Shown: positions 8,971 to 19,951, numbered from the stretch's first letter. The stretch: DNA of 64,000 nt from Candidatus Binatia bacterium (GCA_963666315.2 CAXXHG010000047.1:1-64000); one strand, 5' to 3'. Notes: generated from the sequence alone by a model not told the origin. A program made the numbers and translations.

Positions 8971-11835
8971 TTACGGAACCTCTGCTAGAGATTCTTGCCC
9001 GTGTGGCGTGGCTTCGACTTTCTGTTCGATCCGTCCAATCGCTTGGTCTATGACCTGGGCTGCTCCAGGATTGGCATCCTTCGCTTGGCGGAGAGTCCGC
9101 AGGGCGTCGTCATAACGGCCGACCTGGTCATAGGCGAAGGCTAAATTCGACAGATAGTCGAAGTCACCGTACCGCGCAGCAACCGCTGCTTCAAGCGGCT
9201 CCAGCGCCTCTTGAGGGCGTTCAAGCTTGAGGAGAGTCGCCCCCAGGAGTTCTTGCACAAAGGGATTCTTCGGGCGCAGTTGTACGGCAAGGCGCGCCTT
9301 GGGCAGGAGGGTCTTGGGCAGAGAAGAATTGAGCAGTTCGTCATAATTCGCATTTAACAGGTCTAAGAATTCGAGGGTTGTGATATCGCGATAATAGGTG
9401 ATGTCTTTATCCTCAGGCGCGAGACGGGAAGCGCGGTAGACCTCGCTAAGAGCCGCGTAGGAGCGTTCAAGCGGCTCGTCCGTGCCCACAGCTTTAGAGC
9501 GCATGAAAAGGGCCCGCGAGAGGGCAATCTGTGGATCAATGCCGTATTGCTCGGCGCGCTGCTCAGGAGAGATCTGCGGCAGGAGTCGGGCCAGGATGAA
9601 CGGCATCGTGCCGGCAATCCCCAACCGGTTGAGTTCGGCAAATTCAATCGAGCTATGATCGTCGGTGAGCAGCGGATAGTCATCCCCGACAATCGCGTCA
9701 AGTTGTGGACCATCAAAGATAATATATTTGAGCAAGTCTTGGCTCTGGGTGAGACCGATTTCCTCCAGGTCTGCGCGGACCTCAGCGTTGACCTCGGCAA
9801 GACGCCGGTCTATGGCTGCCGCCGTCAACGGGAGGGGCTGCTTTGCGCCGACTAAGAGCGTGTAGCGGCTGGTAAACATGAGCAGAGTTTCTGGAAACAC
9901 ACTGCGGAAGGTTCGAATAACGGACAGGTAGTCGCTTGGGGCCATATTATGGAGTGGCAGCCATTGGACAAAGACGCCGCTCTTAGTCAGCTTTGCATGC
10001 ACGAGCTGATAATACTCTTGGGTGTACAGCATCCAGGATTCGGCTGCTGCCGGGTGGGTAGCGTCAGCAGTAATCGCGTCGTAGCGCCGAGGCGACACCT
10101 TGAGATAATTCCGTCCGTCATCGGCAATCAAGTGCCAGTTTGTTCGGTCGAGCACATGGTCATTTTCATCAGTAAAAAACCGCATGGTATCGCGCACATC
10201 CGGCACGATGTCGACTGCGTCAACGGTCACATCGTGTTTGGTCACGGCTCCTAAAGTGATGCCGGCGCCTACGGCATTGACGAGTACCGTCTTCGGCTTC
10301 TCCTGCAGGAGGAGGGGCAGATGTCCTAACAGCTTAAAGGTCGCAACGGCATCGCGGTGTGTCGGCACCTCTTCGATGCAGTTGATAGTGAGTTCTTTTA
10401 TCTCGCCGAGCTGAAAAACAGCCACCGTGCCAAATGCGCCTTCGCGGTAAAAGAGCAGCTCGCCCTCGACGTTTTCAAATCGGTCATACCATTTCATGAG
10501 GGTGAGTTCTTTGGGCAGCAGCAAGGCTGCGACGATGGTCGCGGCTGTCACGAGTACGCCTACGGTGAGTCGGACAGCCCCCGCTGGGCGAGCCCCAGCG
10601 GGGCGGACAACGAACAGCAGAACGAGACCCGCACCAAGGGCTGCCAAGGCCAGCACCACCATGCTTGTACTCAGTCCGAGCAGCGGGATCAAGACCAAAC
10701 CGCCAGTGAGTGCGCCGAGCATACTGCCGAACGCATTGGCGGAGAAAACGAGACCAGCTGCACTCTCAGGTGACTGATTGGTCTGATCGCGCAGCAGGTC
10801 AACTAAGAGCGGTGTGGCAAAACCAGCAGCCATGGCTGGAATGAGGGTGACAACGGCTGCCGCGCCTAAACGCACCAGACCCAGGGCGAACCAATGGTTG
10901 TTATTGACCTGTTGGCTGAGGTTCAGCGTAATGTCGTGCAGCTGATTAAAAAGGCCCAAGGAAACAAGGATCGCAACTGTGGCGATGGCTTGGGTGACAA
11001 GAAAAACCAAAGCCTTGGTAGGTTGCGTTGCGCGCGAAGGACCACAAGCGGCATACAGCCAGGCCCCGAGCGCTAATCCGGCCAGAATGTCAGCCAAAAC
11101 AATCGAGAAAGAATAGGTATTGTTTGACACCACGCAGATCAGGGTTCGGACCCAGATGATCTGGAGAGCTAAACCGATGAATCCAGTCAGAAAGGGAAAA
11201 AAGAGGAAGAGTGGCGACGGTGTGGATGAACCGGACGGCGCCGTCTGTTCTTGTGAGCGTACTTTTCGACGTGGTTGGGTCAAGGCGACCAGACAAATAA
11301 CCGCATTGATTGCAGCGGCGACGAGTGTGGTGTGATACACGCCATAGGTCCGAATAAAGAACACGCCAGCGAAAAAGGCCCCCAACACAGAACCGGTTGT
11401 ATTGATTGCATACAGCAGCCCAACCTTACGCCCGGTCGGACCGTCCTGAGCAACGTGACGGGCGAGCGTCGGCAGGGTCAGCCCCATCAAAGTCGCCGGT
11501 AATGTAAGGGCAAGAATCGTGAGCACGACCTGCAGTGAAAAACTGCCGCCCGCAGCGACGTACACCACGTCAAGAATTTGCAGTACAAAGGGAAAGATCA
11601 GGGCAAAGAGACCAATCAGCCCTTCGGCGATGCCGTAGACCACAAACGGATGGTAGCGAGCAAGACGCCGGCTTTGCCCGACGAGATAGCCCAGCGCCAG
11701 GCCCAGCATGAAGGCAGCCGTGACAACGGTAACCGCATAGGTCGAAAGGCCAAAGACCAAGTGCAGCAGGCGCTCCCACACCACCTCGAACAGTAACGCG
11801 CTAAAACCGGAGAAAAAGAAGAGCAGCAGAATCAT
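8971..11835 (-). CDS. Fused membrane (MFS-like)/spermidine synthase-like protein with C-terminal TPRs
   Basis: FFFSGFSALLFEVVW, LMGLTLP, LYAINTTG repeats; DDGRNYL..RYDAITAD, LYTQEYY, GVFVQWLP; TPR tail. Confidence 0.9.
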   Translation of the reverse strand: MILLLFFFSGFSALLFEVVWERLLHLVFGLSTYAVTVVTAAFMLGLALGYLVGQSRRLARYHPFVVYGIAEGLIGLFALIFPFVLQILDVVYVAAGGSFSLQVVLTILALTLPATLMGLTLPTLARHVAQDGPTGRKVGLLYAINTTGSVLGAFFAGVFFIRTYGVYHTTLVAAAINAVICLVALTQPRRKVRSQEQTAPSGSSTPSPLFLFFPFLTGFIGLALQIIWVRTLICVVSNNTYSFSIVLADILAGLALGAWLYAACGPSRATQPTKALVFLVTQAIATVAILVSLGLFNQLHDITLNLSQQVNNNHWFALGLVRLGAAAVVTLIPAMAAGFATPLLVDLLRDQTNQSPESAAGLVFSANAFGSMLGALTGGLVLIPLLGLSTSMVVLALAALGAGLVLLFVVRPAGARPAGAVRLTVGVLVTAATIVAALLLPKELTLMKWYDRFENVEGELLFYREGAFGTVAVFQLGEIKELTINCIEEVPTHRDAVATFKLLGHLPLLLQEKPKTVLVNAVGAGITLGAVTKHDVTVDAVDIVPDVRDTMRFFTDENDHVLDRTNWHLIADDGRNYLKVSPRRYDAITADATHPAAAESWMLYTQEYYQLVHAKLTKSGVFVQWLPLHNMAPSDYLSVIRTFRSVFPETLLMFTSRYTLLVGAKQPLPLTAAAIDRRLAEVNAEVRADLEEIGLTQSQDLLKYIIFDGPQLDAIVGDDYPLLTDDHSSIEFAELNRLGIAGTMPFILARLLPQISPEQRAEQYGIDPQIALSRALFMRSKAVGTDEPLERSYAALSEVYRASRLAPEDKDITYYRDITTLEFLDLLNANYDELLNSSLPKTLLPKARLAVQLRPKNPFVQELLGATLLKLERPQEALEPLEAAVAARYGDFDYLSNLAFAYDQVGRYDDALRTLRQAKDANPGAAQVIDQAIGRIEQKVEATPHGQESLAEVP

Positions 11836-11851
11836 ACAACCTCCGGGTGTA

Positions 11852-12124
11852 TTAATACCGAACGGTAAATCCGCGAAATTCCTCGCTCGCGGTCTGCCAA
11901 TCTGTTTCGACCTGGGTGATAGCGGCGCTTGGCGGACCAGCCTGGCTCCAGCTGAGCAGCCGTTCTAGCTCGCGTCTTTCGCTTTCGGCAACCAACTCGA
12001 CGCTGCCGTCGGCGCAGTTCCGGACCCAGCCTCGCAGGCCCAATCGACGTGCCTCGTCCTGGGCGGACGCCCGGAAATATACCCCCTGAACTCGACCCTG
12101 TACCACCACGTGTAGACGCTCCAT
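11852..12124 (-). CDS. acyP: Acylphosphatase
   Basis: GRVQGVYFR, GWVRN..DGSVE, GPPSA. Confidence 0.95.
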   Translation of the reverse strand: MERLHVVVQGRVQGVYFRASAQDEARRLGLRGWVRNCADGSVELVAESERRELERLLSWSQAGPPSAAITQVETDWQTASEEFRGFTVRY

Positions 12125-12232
12125 GTGTGGTGTTCTTCTACACCAGAACGTCTCTGAACTAAAGGAGATTCCTCTCCACCCAAAGAGGCGACTTACCCGC
12201 GAAGAGGTTGCTTACCCTATCTTCCTATTTTC

Positions 12233-12943
12233 CTATTTTGCATTATGAAAAATGATCCCGAGTGTATAGCGCGATCCCGACGTCAGGGTACTCACCCCAT
12301 GCCGCATCGTCATACGATAATATCCCCGTGTACCAGCCGCCGGACGATAGCGGGTAGTAAAGATGATGGCTTCGCCTTGCTGTGGTGTGAGGGCAATACC
12401 ACGCGATTGCGCTCGTGGCCGTTGCTCAACCAGGAGAAATTCGCCGCCCGTGTAATCTTTACCCGGCCGGTTGAGAAAGCAGGCCAGCTGCAGCGGAAAG
12501 GCAATGTCTCCGTACAGGTCTTGGTGTAAGCAGTTATACCCGTCCTGTTCATAATGCAGCAGCAGCGGCGTGGGTTTGAGCTGCCCGTGCTGGCGGCAAA
12601 TGGTCAAGAAGCGAGCAAGCGTTGCCGGAAAATGATCCGACTGCTTTAAGGCGACTGTCCAGCGATTGGCAATTTGAGCCAGAGGCGGGTAGGCGTGGGT
12701 CCGGATCTCTTTGACGAGTGGTGGCAACGGGTCGGCAAAATATTGATAATCCCCTACCCCGAACCGATGTCGGGCCATATCAATGTGTGTGCGGAATTGG
12801 GTTGCGTCTGTATACAGACGAATGAGCCCGGTGCATTCTTTTGGCGTGAGGATACGTGGGGTTATGGCATATCCGGACTCCCATAAGGATTGCTCAATAG
12901 CCTGCCAATTGAGATGGGCCAAACGGTCTTTGATGGTGGTCAT
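12233..12943 (-). CDS. 2OG-Fe(II) oxygenase (DUF2086/Oxygenase-NA)
   Basis: PTPLLLHY...YNCLHQDLYG, GGEFLLVEQRPRAQSR, MRHGVS, RYTLGIIFH. Confidence 0.92.
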   Translation of the reverse strand: MTTIKDRLAHLNWQAIEQSLWESGYAITPRILTPKECTGLIRLYTDATQFRTHIDMARHRFGVGDYQYFADPLPPLVKEIRTHAYPPLAQIANRWTVALKQSDHFPATLARFLTICRQHGQLKPTPLLLHYEQDGYNCLHQDLYGDIAFPLQLACFLNRPGKDYTGGEFLLVEQRPRAQSRGIALTPQQGEAIIFTTRYRPAAGTRGYYRMTMRHGVSTLTSGSRYTLGIIFHNAK

Positions 12944-12957
12944 TGGGGATGATTTTT

Positions 12958-14526
12958 CTAGCGTGGCACCCAGTCCGGCATTCCATCCAGGACAATGCCA
13001 AACACGGGAATGCCGATCACGTATAAGAGGCCGGCTAAAACAAAGACGCTGAAGATATTGAGTCCAAGGCCTGCCCAGAACATTTGCGGCAGGGTGACAT
13101 AGCCGCTAGAAAAAATAATCGCGTTCGGTGCGGTAGCCGTGGGCAGCATAAAGGCGAAGGACGCAGCAAAGGTGGCCGGAAGCATGAGCAGCAAGGGGTC
13201 AACCTCTAGCCCTACGGCCGTGGCCGCGAGCACCGGCATGACCAACGTTGTGGTTGCCGTGTTGCTGGTAAACTGTGTCAGCCCGACCATTAAAGAACAC
13301 ACGGAAAGGATCGCGACAAAAGGCGAGACATCGCGCAGAAATGACAGTTGCGAGCCTGCCCACTGGGCCAAACCGGAATGACCCACGCCCTCAGCGAGAG
13401 CGAGGCTCCCGCCGAGCAAGACCAGAATGCCCCACGGGATCTTGTCGGTATCATCCCACGTCAGTAGGAACTCGCCTTTCTTTTGTCCGGAGGGAATGAG
13501 GAAAAGGAGAATGGCCGCCAGTATAGCAACGGTCGAGTCCTGGATATTTGCAGGATCCGGGAACACACTCGCCCAGCCCGGCAGGGCGAGGGGCCCAAAA
13601 TTAATATCTTTCCGAAAGATCCATAGCAGCGCGGTCGTGAGCGCAAGCAATAACACGCGGCGTTCACCGCTTTGCATCGGGCCCAGTTCCTTGAGCTGCT
13701 GTGTTAAGAAGGTTTGGTCGTCTTGCCAGCCGGTCTTTGATATTCGGAAGTATAGGTAGACTAAATAAAACCACGTACAGCCCACCATCAGGACGACAGT
13801 CGGCACACCAAACAACATCCAGTGGAAAAAACCGATACTCGGCGCATCGGGAAAGAGCTTCGCGAACGCGCCCATAAACACGACGTTGGGCGGCGTCCCG
13901 ATAGGGGTGCCGAGCCCGCCTATCGAGGCGCTGTAAGCGAGGCCGAGCATGAGGGCAATGCCAAAGCCCTGGGTGGTGTCATAGCCCTGGGATGCCGCGT
14001 GCTCCAGTACAGCCAATGCAATGGGCAGCATGATGATGGTCGAAGCCGTATTCGATACCCACATGGAGAGTAGCGCCGTTGTGATCAGAAAGCCGAGAAT
14101 AAGCAATTGTGGCGAGCGACCGATTTTGGACAGAATGAGAAGAGCGACCCGCCGGTGGAGCTGCCATTTCTCCATGGCGATGGCAATAAAAAAGGCGCCA
14201 AAGAACAAAAAGACAATGTGATCGGCATAGGCGGTTGAGACTTCATGCGCGCTCAAAATATCGAGCACGGGAAACAGCACGAGCGGGATCAGGCCCGTCA
14301 CTGTGATGTGGGTTGCCTCAGTCATCCACCACACCGCCATGAGTGCCACCACACCCGCCGTATGCCAAGCGTCAAGACTCATGTTGGCCGGTGGCGTCGT
14401 CAGCAGGCAGAGCATGAGCACGCCTATGCCGGTAAAGAGACCAATCGCCTGGCGTCTGCTATAGGAAGAAGGCTCAGACTGCGTTGTGTCTGGTTCGTTG
14501 GGGTCTGCTGATGTTGTATTGGTCAT
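12958..14526 (-). CDS. SLC13/DASS sodium-dependent dicarboxylate/sulfate symporter
   Basis: LSMWVSNTAS, GGLGTPIGTPPN, SNTAT, AFMLPTATAPNAI. Confidence 0.95.
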   Translation of the reverse strand: MTNTTSADPNEPDTTQSEPSSYSRRQAIGLFTGIGVLMLCLLTTPPANMSLDAWHTAGVVALMAVWWMTEATHITVTGLIPLVLFPVLDILSAHEVSTAYADHIVFLFFGAFFIAIAMEKWQLHRRVALLILSKIGRSPQLLILGFLITTALLSMWVSNTASTIIMLPIALAVLEHAASQGYDTTQGFGIALMLGLAYSASIGGLGTPIGTPPNVVFMGAFAKLFPDAPSIGFFHWMLFGVPTVVLMVGCTWFYLVYLYFRISKTGWQDDQTFLTQQLKELGPMQSGERRVLLLALTTALLWIFRKDINFGPLALPGWASVFPDPANIQDSTVAILAAILLFLIPSGQKKGEFLLTWDDTDKIPWGILVLLGGSLALAEGVGHSGLAQWAGSQLSFLRDVSPFVAILSVCSLMVGLTQFTSNTATTTLVMPVLAATAVGLEVDPLLLMLPATFAASFAFMLPTATAPNAIIFSSGYVTLPQMFWAGLGLNIFSVFVLAGLLYVIGIPVFGIVLDGMPDWVPR

Positions 14527-14558
14527 AGACGTAGCACTACTGACACAGAGGAGGGCAT

Positions 14559-14954
14559 ATGAAAATCATACGCTTTGTAGCCACCCCAGATGGCGGGTCA
14601 CAGTTCGAGGAGATTGATATCCCGATCACGAACGAGCGACAAGATGCTGAGGGCAACACCTTGCTCTTATCGAATACGTATACCTCGCCAGGGGTCTGTT
14701 TTGTCGATCTGCCGGAAGGCCTCAACCAGGATTGGCACCAAGCCCCAACCCGTCAAATCGTGCTGGTATTGTCCGGCAGGCTGGAAGTCACCACCACGGA
14801 CAATCAGGTCCGCCAATGGAGCACGGGTGAAGTCTTTATTGCGTCCGACGTCACCGGCCAAGGCCATAAAACGAGCACCATCGACGGCCCGGCCCGGCTC
14901 ATGTTTGCGCCCTTGCCGGATAGTTTCGTTATGGAAAATTGGTCTGAATCGTAA
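14559..14954 (+). CDS. Cupin-domain protein
   Basis: DGGSQF, WHQAPTRQ, D.TGQGH. Confidence 0.85.
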   Translation: MKIIRFVATPDGGSQFEEIDIPITNERQDAEGNTLLLSNTYTSPGVCFVDLPEGLNQDWHQAPTRQIVLVLSGRLEVTTTDNQVRQWSTGEVFIASDVTGQGHKTSTIDGPARLMFAPLPDSFVMENWSES

Positions 14955-14987
14955 AGTGGGTGAAACGGAGTGCCAGCCACCGAGAGC

Positions 14988-15012
14988 GTAGGGGTGACCG
15001 GCCGGCCACCCC
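14988..15012 (+). repeat. GTAG-type REP-like palindrome
   Basis: GTAGGGGTGACCGGCCGGCCACCCC between convergent genes. Confidence 0.55.
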
Positions 15013-15050
15013 GCTAGTGGCCACTCCTGTAGAAGGTTCGATGAGCAGTT

Positions 15051-15680
15051 CTACGCCTGCGCACTTGGCCGCGAGGAGACATCCTCGTGCCAACGTTTCG
15101 TATTCGTGTTGCCTTCAGGAATACCCATCTTGGCAAAGCCGGCAAAATCGACCACACACAGCGCGGTGATATCGGCAATGGTGTAGCGCTCGCCTGCAAT
15201 GTATTTGGTTTCACCCAGGCGCTGTTCAAGCTGTTTATAGAAGCGTTCGACGCCGGCTTTGCCGGGCGCGGCCAGTTCAGGAATCGCCTGCACATCGGAC
15301 TGGCCAGGCAAACCTCGGTTTTTGAAAGCATCGAATGAATTGCGGAACATCTCGCCCGTCGGGTTCAAGCCGTCAAACTCCATACGACGTTGCCAGGACT
15401 CGATTTGCGCCTTTTCTAACGCATCCGTGCCCAGCAGATTGGGTTCAGGATTGGTCTCTTCGATATAGCGGCAGATGGCAATCGTCTCGTCAATACGAGT
15501 GCCATCGTCGAGTTCGAGCGTCGGCAATAAACCGCGTGGATTCACGGCTAAGTATTCCGGCTTGAGATTTTCCCCCTTGATAATATTGACCTCGGTCTTC
15601 GGGATGTCGATGCCTTTCTCGGCTAAGAAAACCCGCACCCGGCGCGGATTGGGGGCCATATGGCAATCATACAGTTTCAT
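15051..15680 (-). CDS. Glutathione S-transferase family protein
   Basis: APNPRRVRVFLAEKG, NPRGLLPTLELDDG, YTIADIT. Confidence 0.95.
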   Translation of the reverse strand: MKLYDCHMAPNPRRVRVFLAEKGIDIPKTEVNIIKGENLKPEYLAVNPRGLLPTLELDDGTRIDETIAICRYIEETNPEPNLLGTDALEKAQIESWQRRMEFDGLNPTGEMFRNSFDAFKNRGLPGQSDVQAIPELAAPGKAGVERFYKQLEQRLGETKYIAGERYTIADITALCVVDFAGFAKMGIPEGNTNTKRWHEDVSSRPSAQA

Positions 15681-15854
15681 CTGTCTCTCCTTTCTTTCGC
15701 GTGGATCTCATAATGAGTATCGTAAAACAATATCGACCCCTAGCGGAGATGCAAGCCCAGTTTAAGAGGAAAGCCGAGAGAAAAGACCGTGCTCCTTTAT
15801 GAGGAGCACGATTATGGGGTAAGGTAAGGGAGAACCGAAGCGAGGAGGGAACAT

Positions 15855-17168
15855 ATGCGGAACAAGAGAAGTGCATTATTTCTCAGCATCGCCGTTCTGA
15901 TGATGGGGCTGGCTCCACTTGGACGGGCGGATCTCAATCCCGGCACTACGATTACCAAAGCCAATATGGCCCAAGCCGCAGATCTGCTCACCCCAGCGAC
16001 ACGCTGGATGGTCGAGCGCGGCATGACCATGTGGATAGGCCAGCCACGCCCTTATACCTGGCCCAAGGCCTATAAAGAAGCGACCGAGCGGTATGCAGGC
16101 CAGGTCGAGATCTCCGCAGATGGACGCGAGATTTTTAACTATATTGCGGGGGCACCATTTCCCGTCATTGATACAAACGATCCATTGGCCGGATATAAAA
16201 TCATGTGGAACCATGCCCAGCCGCCGTACAGCATCGATAATATCGGAGCAAGCTATGTGGCGCATTTGTTAAACGAAGACGGGGATGTTGAGCAGTCGTT
16301 TGATAATTCGTGGCGTCGAGTCATGTGGAGCGGACGTTTATACGCAGATCCCAAGCCCATCATTCCGCACAATCCCGCTGTGCGACATACCCATCTGTGG
16401 GGACCGCTGGTGCTTCCCAACCGCCATAAGGGTCTTGCTGTTCTTGAATTTCGGTATGTTACGGCCAGTGCGGCTGATGACACCTATCTCTATTCGCCTC
16501 AGATACGCAAGGTCCGGCGCATCAGTGTTGCCGATCGGAGCGCCAGTATTTGGGGCTCGGATTATGATCTCGACTCGTTTTATGGTTTCAACGCCAAGAT
16601 CGGCGCTTGGAGTTTCCGCGTCTTAGCCGAAAAGGATATTCTTGGCGTGCTGCATAGTGGACGCTATGGCGACGCTGCCGAGTGGTGCGGTCAACGGGAT
16701 GTAGGCCAGGGGCTACTTGCGGCGCTGCCGTGTGTGACGTGGGAAAAACGGCGCGTGTGGGTCGTTGAGGCTACCCCCACGAATTATCCTAGACAATACG
16801 CGTACTCCAAGCGCATCCTGTATATGGACCAAGAAACCTTTGGTCCGGGGATAGCCGAGATGTACGATACCAACGGTGAGCTACAAAAGGGACTGCTGCA
16901 CTGTGCCTTTGTGACCACCAAACCGCATGACCGCTATCCTTCAAACCCGCTGAAAGGCGCACGCTATAACTATCAGGAGGAACAGCTCTTTGTCCCTAAT
17001 TTCGTCATGATTGATTTTCAGAAAATGCTGGCAACCGTAGGGGAAGTGCCCTCGACCGAACAGCGCCCGTCAGAATGGGAAGGCGAGCAGTATTTCAACG
17101 AAGCAAAAGTGAAAGGCGCGACGTCCGATTCGCATACGACGAATGCGTTGATGGAAATGGGGAGGTAG
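15855..17168 (+). CDS. DUF1329 family secreted protein
   Basis: Signal peptide, TITKAN, GAPFP, DDTYLYSPQIRKVRR, YSKRILYMDQE. Confidence 0.85.
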   Translation: MRNKRSALFLSIAVLMMGLAPLGRADLNPGTTITKANMAQAADLLTPATRWMVERGMTMWIGQPRPYTWPKAYKEATERYAGQVEISADGREIFNYIAGAPFPVIDTNDPLAGYKIMWNHAQPPYSIDNIGASYVAHLLNEDGDVEQSFDNSWRRVMWSGRLYADPKPIIPHNPAVRHTHLWGPLVLPNRHKGLAVLEFRYVTASAADDTYLYSPQIRKVRRISVADRSASIWGSDYDLDSFYGFNAKIGAWSFRVLAEKDILGVLHSGRYGDAAEWCGQRDVGQGLLAALPCVTWEKRRVWVVEATPTNYPRQYAYSKRILYMDQETFGPGIAEMYDTNGELQKGLLHCAFVTTKPHDRYPSNPLKGARYNYQEEQLFVPNFVMIDFQKMLATVGEVPSTEQRPSEWEGEQYFNEAKVKGATSDSHTTNALMEMGR

Positions 17169-17320
17169 GAAGCTGGTGTAAAATCTACTACGCTTGGGAT
17201 AAGGGCGTTGTTCGGCGACTCAAAATCCTCATGTACCCGTCTGTACACTCCGGTTTCTCGTCCCCTTACGCCTTGTTCTCCCCGCGCTCGCGACAGTTTT
17301 CCAACAGCTTCTATGCCTTT

Positions 17321-17357
17321 GTAGGGGCGGTTCGTGAACTTCGTGAACCGCCCCTAC
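17321..17357. repeat. GTAG-type REP palindrome with an internal 9-bp duplication
   Basis: GTAGGGGCGG-TTCGTGAAC-TTCGTGAAC-CGCCCCTAC. Confidence 0.7.
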
Positions 17358-18664
17358 TCCACCTGCGTAATCGCAGTACACAAAAACGAATAAGCAACCA
17401 CCACAACCATCGCTCCGCTGGCGACGATGCAGGTTGTGAGGGGACCGACAGAGTCGACAAGCACGCCGGACAGGGGGGCGCCCAGCAGGCCGGCGGCCCC
17501 CATAAAGCCGATCGTATAGACCGATAACACCCGGGCTCGATTGGCTGCGCTCGCCTGCTCCTGGTAGACCGTTCGGCCGGCATTGATAAAAATGGCCGCA
17601 CTAATCCCCCAGGCACCCACCGCCAGTAAGGTGCCCCAAAATGGAAGGCCCAAGGACACGGTGCTGAGACAGACCGCACCAAAAAGGAGGGACGTCAGTT
17701 GTGCTCTGCCTTTGTGGCGGAGACCCCCTCGCCACAGAATACTGATCGAGCCGAGAATCGTCCCGAGCGGAAAGGCCATGTTCAGCAGCGCCAGTTGACC
17801 CACCCCACCTGACCCACCCCACCTGCGTAGACATCACGTACTAACAGGGGCAGGACAACCAGAAACGGACCGATAAAAAACACGCCCACAGCGACCGAGA
17901 GCAAGAGCGTAGCAGACAGGGCCGGAGACCGTTTGACCTCCCATACACCCTCGATAATATCGGCCCAACGCAGGCTGCCGTGAGAGGGTGGCTTCGCACT
18001 AACCGAGGAGTTTTTGCAGCAGTGGGATGCCGGCCAGTAGGGTCAGCGTATGCAGGCCGAGGGCAGAGACTGTGCCGATCCAGCGCGCCGTGCCTGCCAC
18101 CAGAGAGCCCAGCACCTGCATCCCCCACTGCGTCATCGTCATCCCGACGACAGAGCGGAGCATATCGGCGCTGGCGACCTGGGAGAGTAAGGCGTCGCGC
18201 GCTGGCATGACAAACGCCTGGACAGTCCCCATGCCGATGGCGTAGGCAAGGAGCAGAGGCATGGACAGCTGGTTATTGGCAACCACGAGAACAAGGCTGA
18301 CCGAAATACCGCTTGCAATCAGGTGTAAAGCCATGAGCATGCGCCGCTGGTCGTAGCGGTCGGCAATGGCCCCGCCGGGCAGGGCGAGCAAAATAGACGG
18401 AAGCATCATGGCGCTCTGGGCAATGCCGACCCATTTCGCCTCGGCATTCAGTACACCGACCACGAGCCACGAAAAGAGAACACCCTGCATGCCCATGGCC
18501 GTAAACCAACTGCCGGTGCCGGCTAGAAACCAGAAGTAGGCCGATGACGTCTGTGGCGTTTTGCCGGACGTCTGTCCAATGTTGCTGGACGCCGGATCTG
18601 TCTGAGACGTTCGCTGCGAGTCAGGGGCCGAGGAGGCTGTGTTGGGTGATGAAGCGTGCGACAA
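17354..18664 (-). pseudogene. MFS transporter (MFS_3-like) with two frameshifts
   Basis: GGAIADRYDQRRML and MPARDALL in the first ORF; frame breaks near 18005 and at the 14-bp tandem duplication 17797-17824; C-terminal RARVLSVY. Confidence 0.8.
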
Positions 18665-18751
18665 TAAGTCCGCCCTTGTTCCGCTGTAGATCTATTGAGG
18701 ATTCGTTTCGGATGAGCGGAAAAATCGGAGCGGGTAGAATAACGGACCGGG

Positions 18752-19951
18752 ATGTCTAAAGCGAGGGGGAATCGACGTATTTTGCTGAGAAACTATTGCC
18801 GAGGAGACTGTCAATCTATGCTTGCCATGTTTGTCCGCATCGTTTTCATGCTGTGTATCATGTTGATTTCATTCCGCGAGGTCATCATCTACGGCGCTCC
18901 CCCCCCTCCCCGCTCCCCCCTGCAACGCATTTCTCTACCGCCCGGATTTCAGATTGAGCTCTATACTGCTGGAGTACCGAACGCACGTTCACTCGCCCTG
19001 GGGAAAAACGGGACAGTCTTTGTCGGAACCCAGCGAGCGGGCAGGGTCTACGCGGTTATTGATCACGATCACGATCGGCGTGCTGATGAGGTTGTGACCC
19101 TGGCTGAAGGATTGCGTATGCCGAATGGAGTGGCCTTCCGTAAGGGCGCGTTGTATGTGGCCGAGGTTAGTCGTGTATTGCGCTTTGACGATATCGAATC
19201 TCACCTGAAAGATCCGCCCACGCCGACCGTCGTTACTGACGCGCTCCCCAGCGACAACTGGCATGGCTGGAAGTTCATCCGATTTGGACCTGACGAATTG
19301 CTCTACATTCCGGTTGGGGCGCCGTGCAATGTTTGCATCAAGAGTGATGAACGCTATGGGTCAATTTTGCGTATGAAACCGGACGGCGGCGCGTTAGAAG
19401 GCTTTGCCCGTGGGGTGCGGAACACGGTGGGATTTGACTGGCATCCGGACACAAAAGAACTCTGGTTCACCGACAATGGCCGGGACTGGCTTGGAGATGA
19501 TGAACCCCCGGGCGAACTCAACCATGCGCCCCAGTCTGGGCTGCATTTTGGTTTTCCGTACTGTCATGCCGGTCGCATCCCGGATCCCGACTTTGGAACA
19601 CAACGGAAGTGCGATGAGTTCACCTCGCCGGCACAAGAACTCGGCCCGCACGTCGCGCCCCTGGGCATGCGGTTTTATACCGGGACGATGTTTCCGAAGC
19701 CGTATCACAACCAGATTTTTATTGCTGAACATGGCTCATGGAACCGCACCGATCCCATTGGCTATCGGATCATCCTCGTCCGTTTGAAGAACAACAAAGC
19801 AACGGGATATGAAGTCTTTGCCGACGGCTGGTTGCAAGATGGCGGCGCGTGGGGCCGGCCTGTGGACGTCCTCGTCATGCCCGACGGTGCCCTGCTCGTA
19901 TCGGATGATAGAGCCGGCACAATTTACCGGATCAGTTATACCGAAAAATAA
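18752..19951 (+). CDS. Glucose/sorbosone dehydrogenase (PQQ-dependent sugar dehydrogenase) family protein
   Basis: LPPGFQIE, GVRNTVGFDW, HVAPLGMRFY, HGSWNR, GRPVDV..DGALLVSDD; true start may be about 18818. Confidence 0.92.
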   Translation: MSKARGNRRILLRNYCRGDCQSMLAMFVRIVFMLCIMLISFREVIIYGAPPPPRSPLQRISLPPGFQIELYTAGVPNARSLALGKNGTVFVGTQRAGRVYAVIDHDHDRRADEVVTLAEGLRMPNGVAFRKGALYVAEVSRVLRFDDIESHLKDPPTPTVVTDALPSDNWHGWKFIRFGPDELLYIPVGAPCNVCIKSDERYGSILRMKPDGGALEGFARGVRNTVGFDWHPDTKELWFTDNGRDWLGDDEPPGELNHAPQSGLHFGFPYCHAGRIPDPDFGTQRKCDEFTSPAQELGPHVAPLGMRFYTGTMFPKPYHNQIFIAEHGSWNRTDPIGYRIILVRLKNNKATGYEVFADGWLQDGGAWGRPVDVLVMPDGALLVSDDRAGTIYRISYTEK

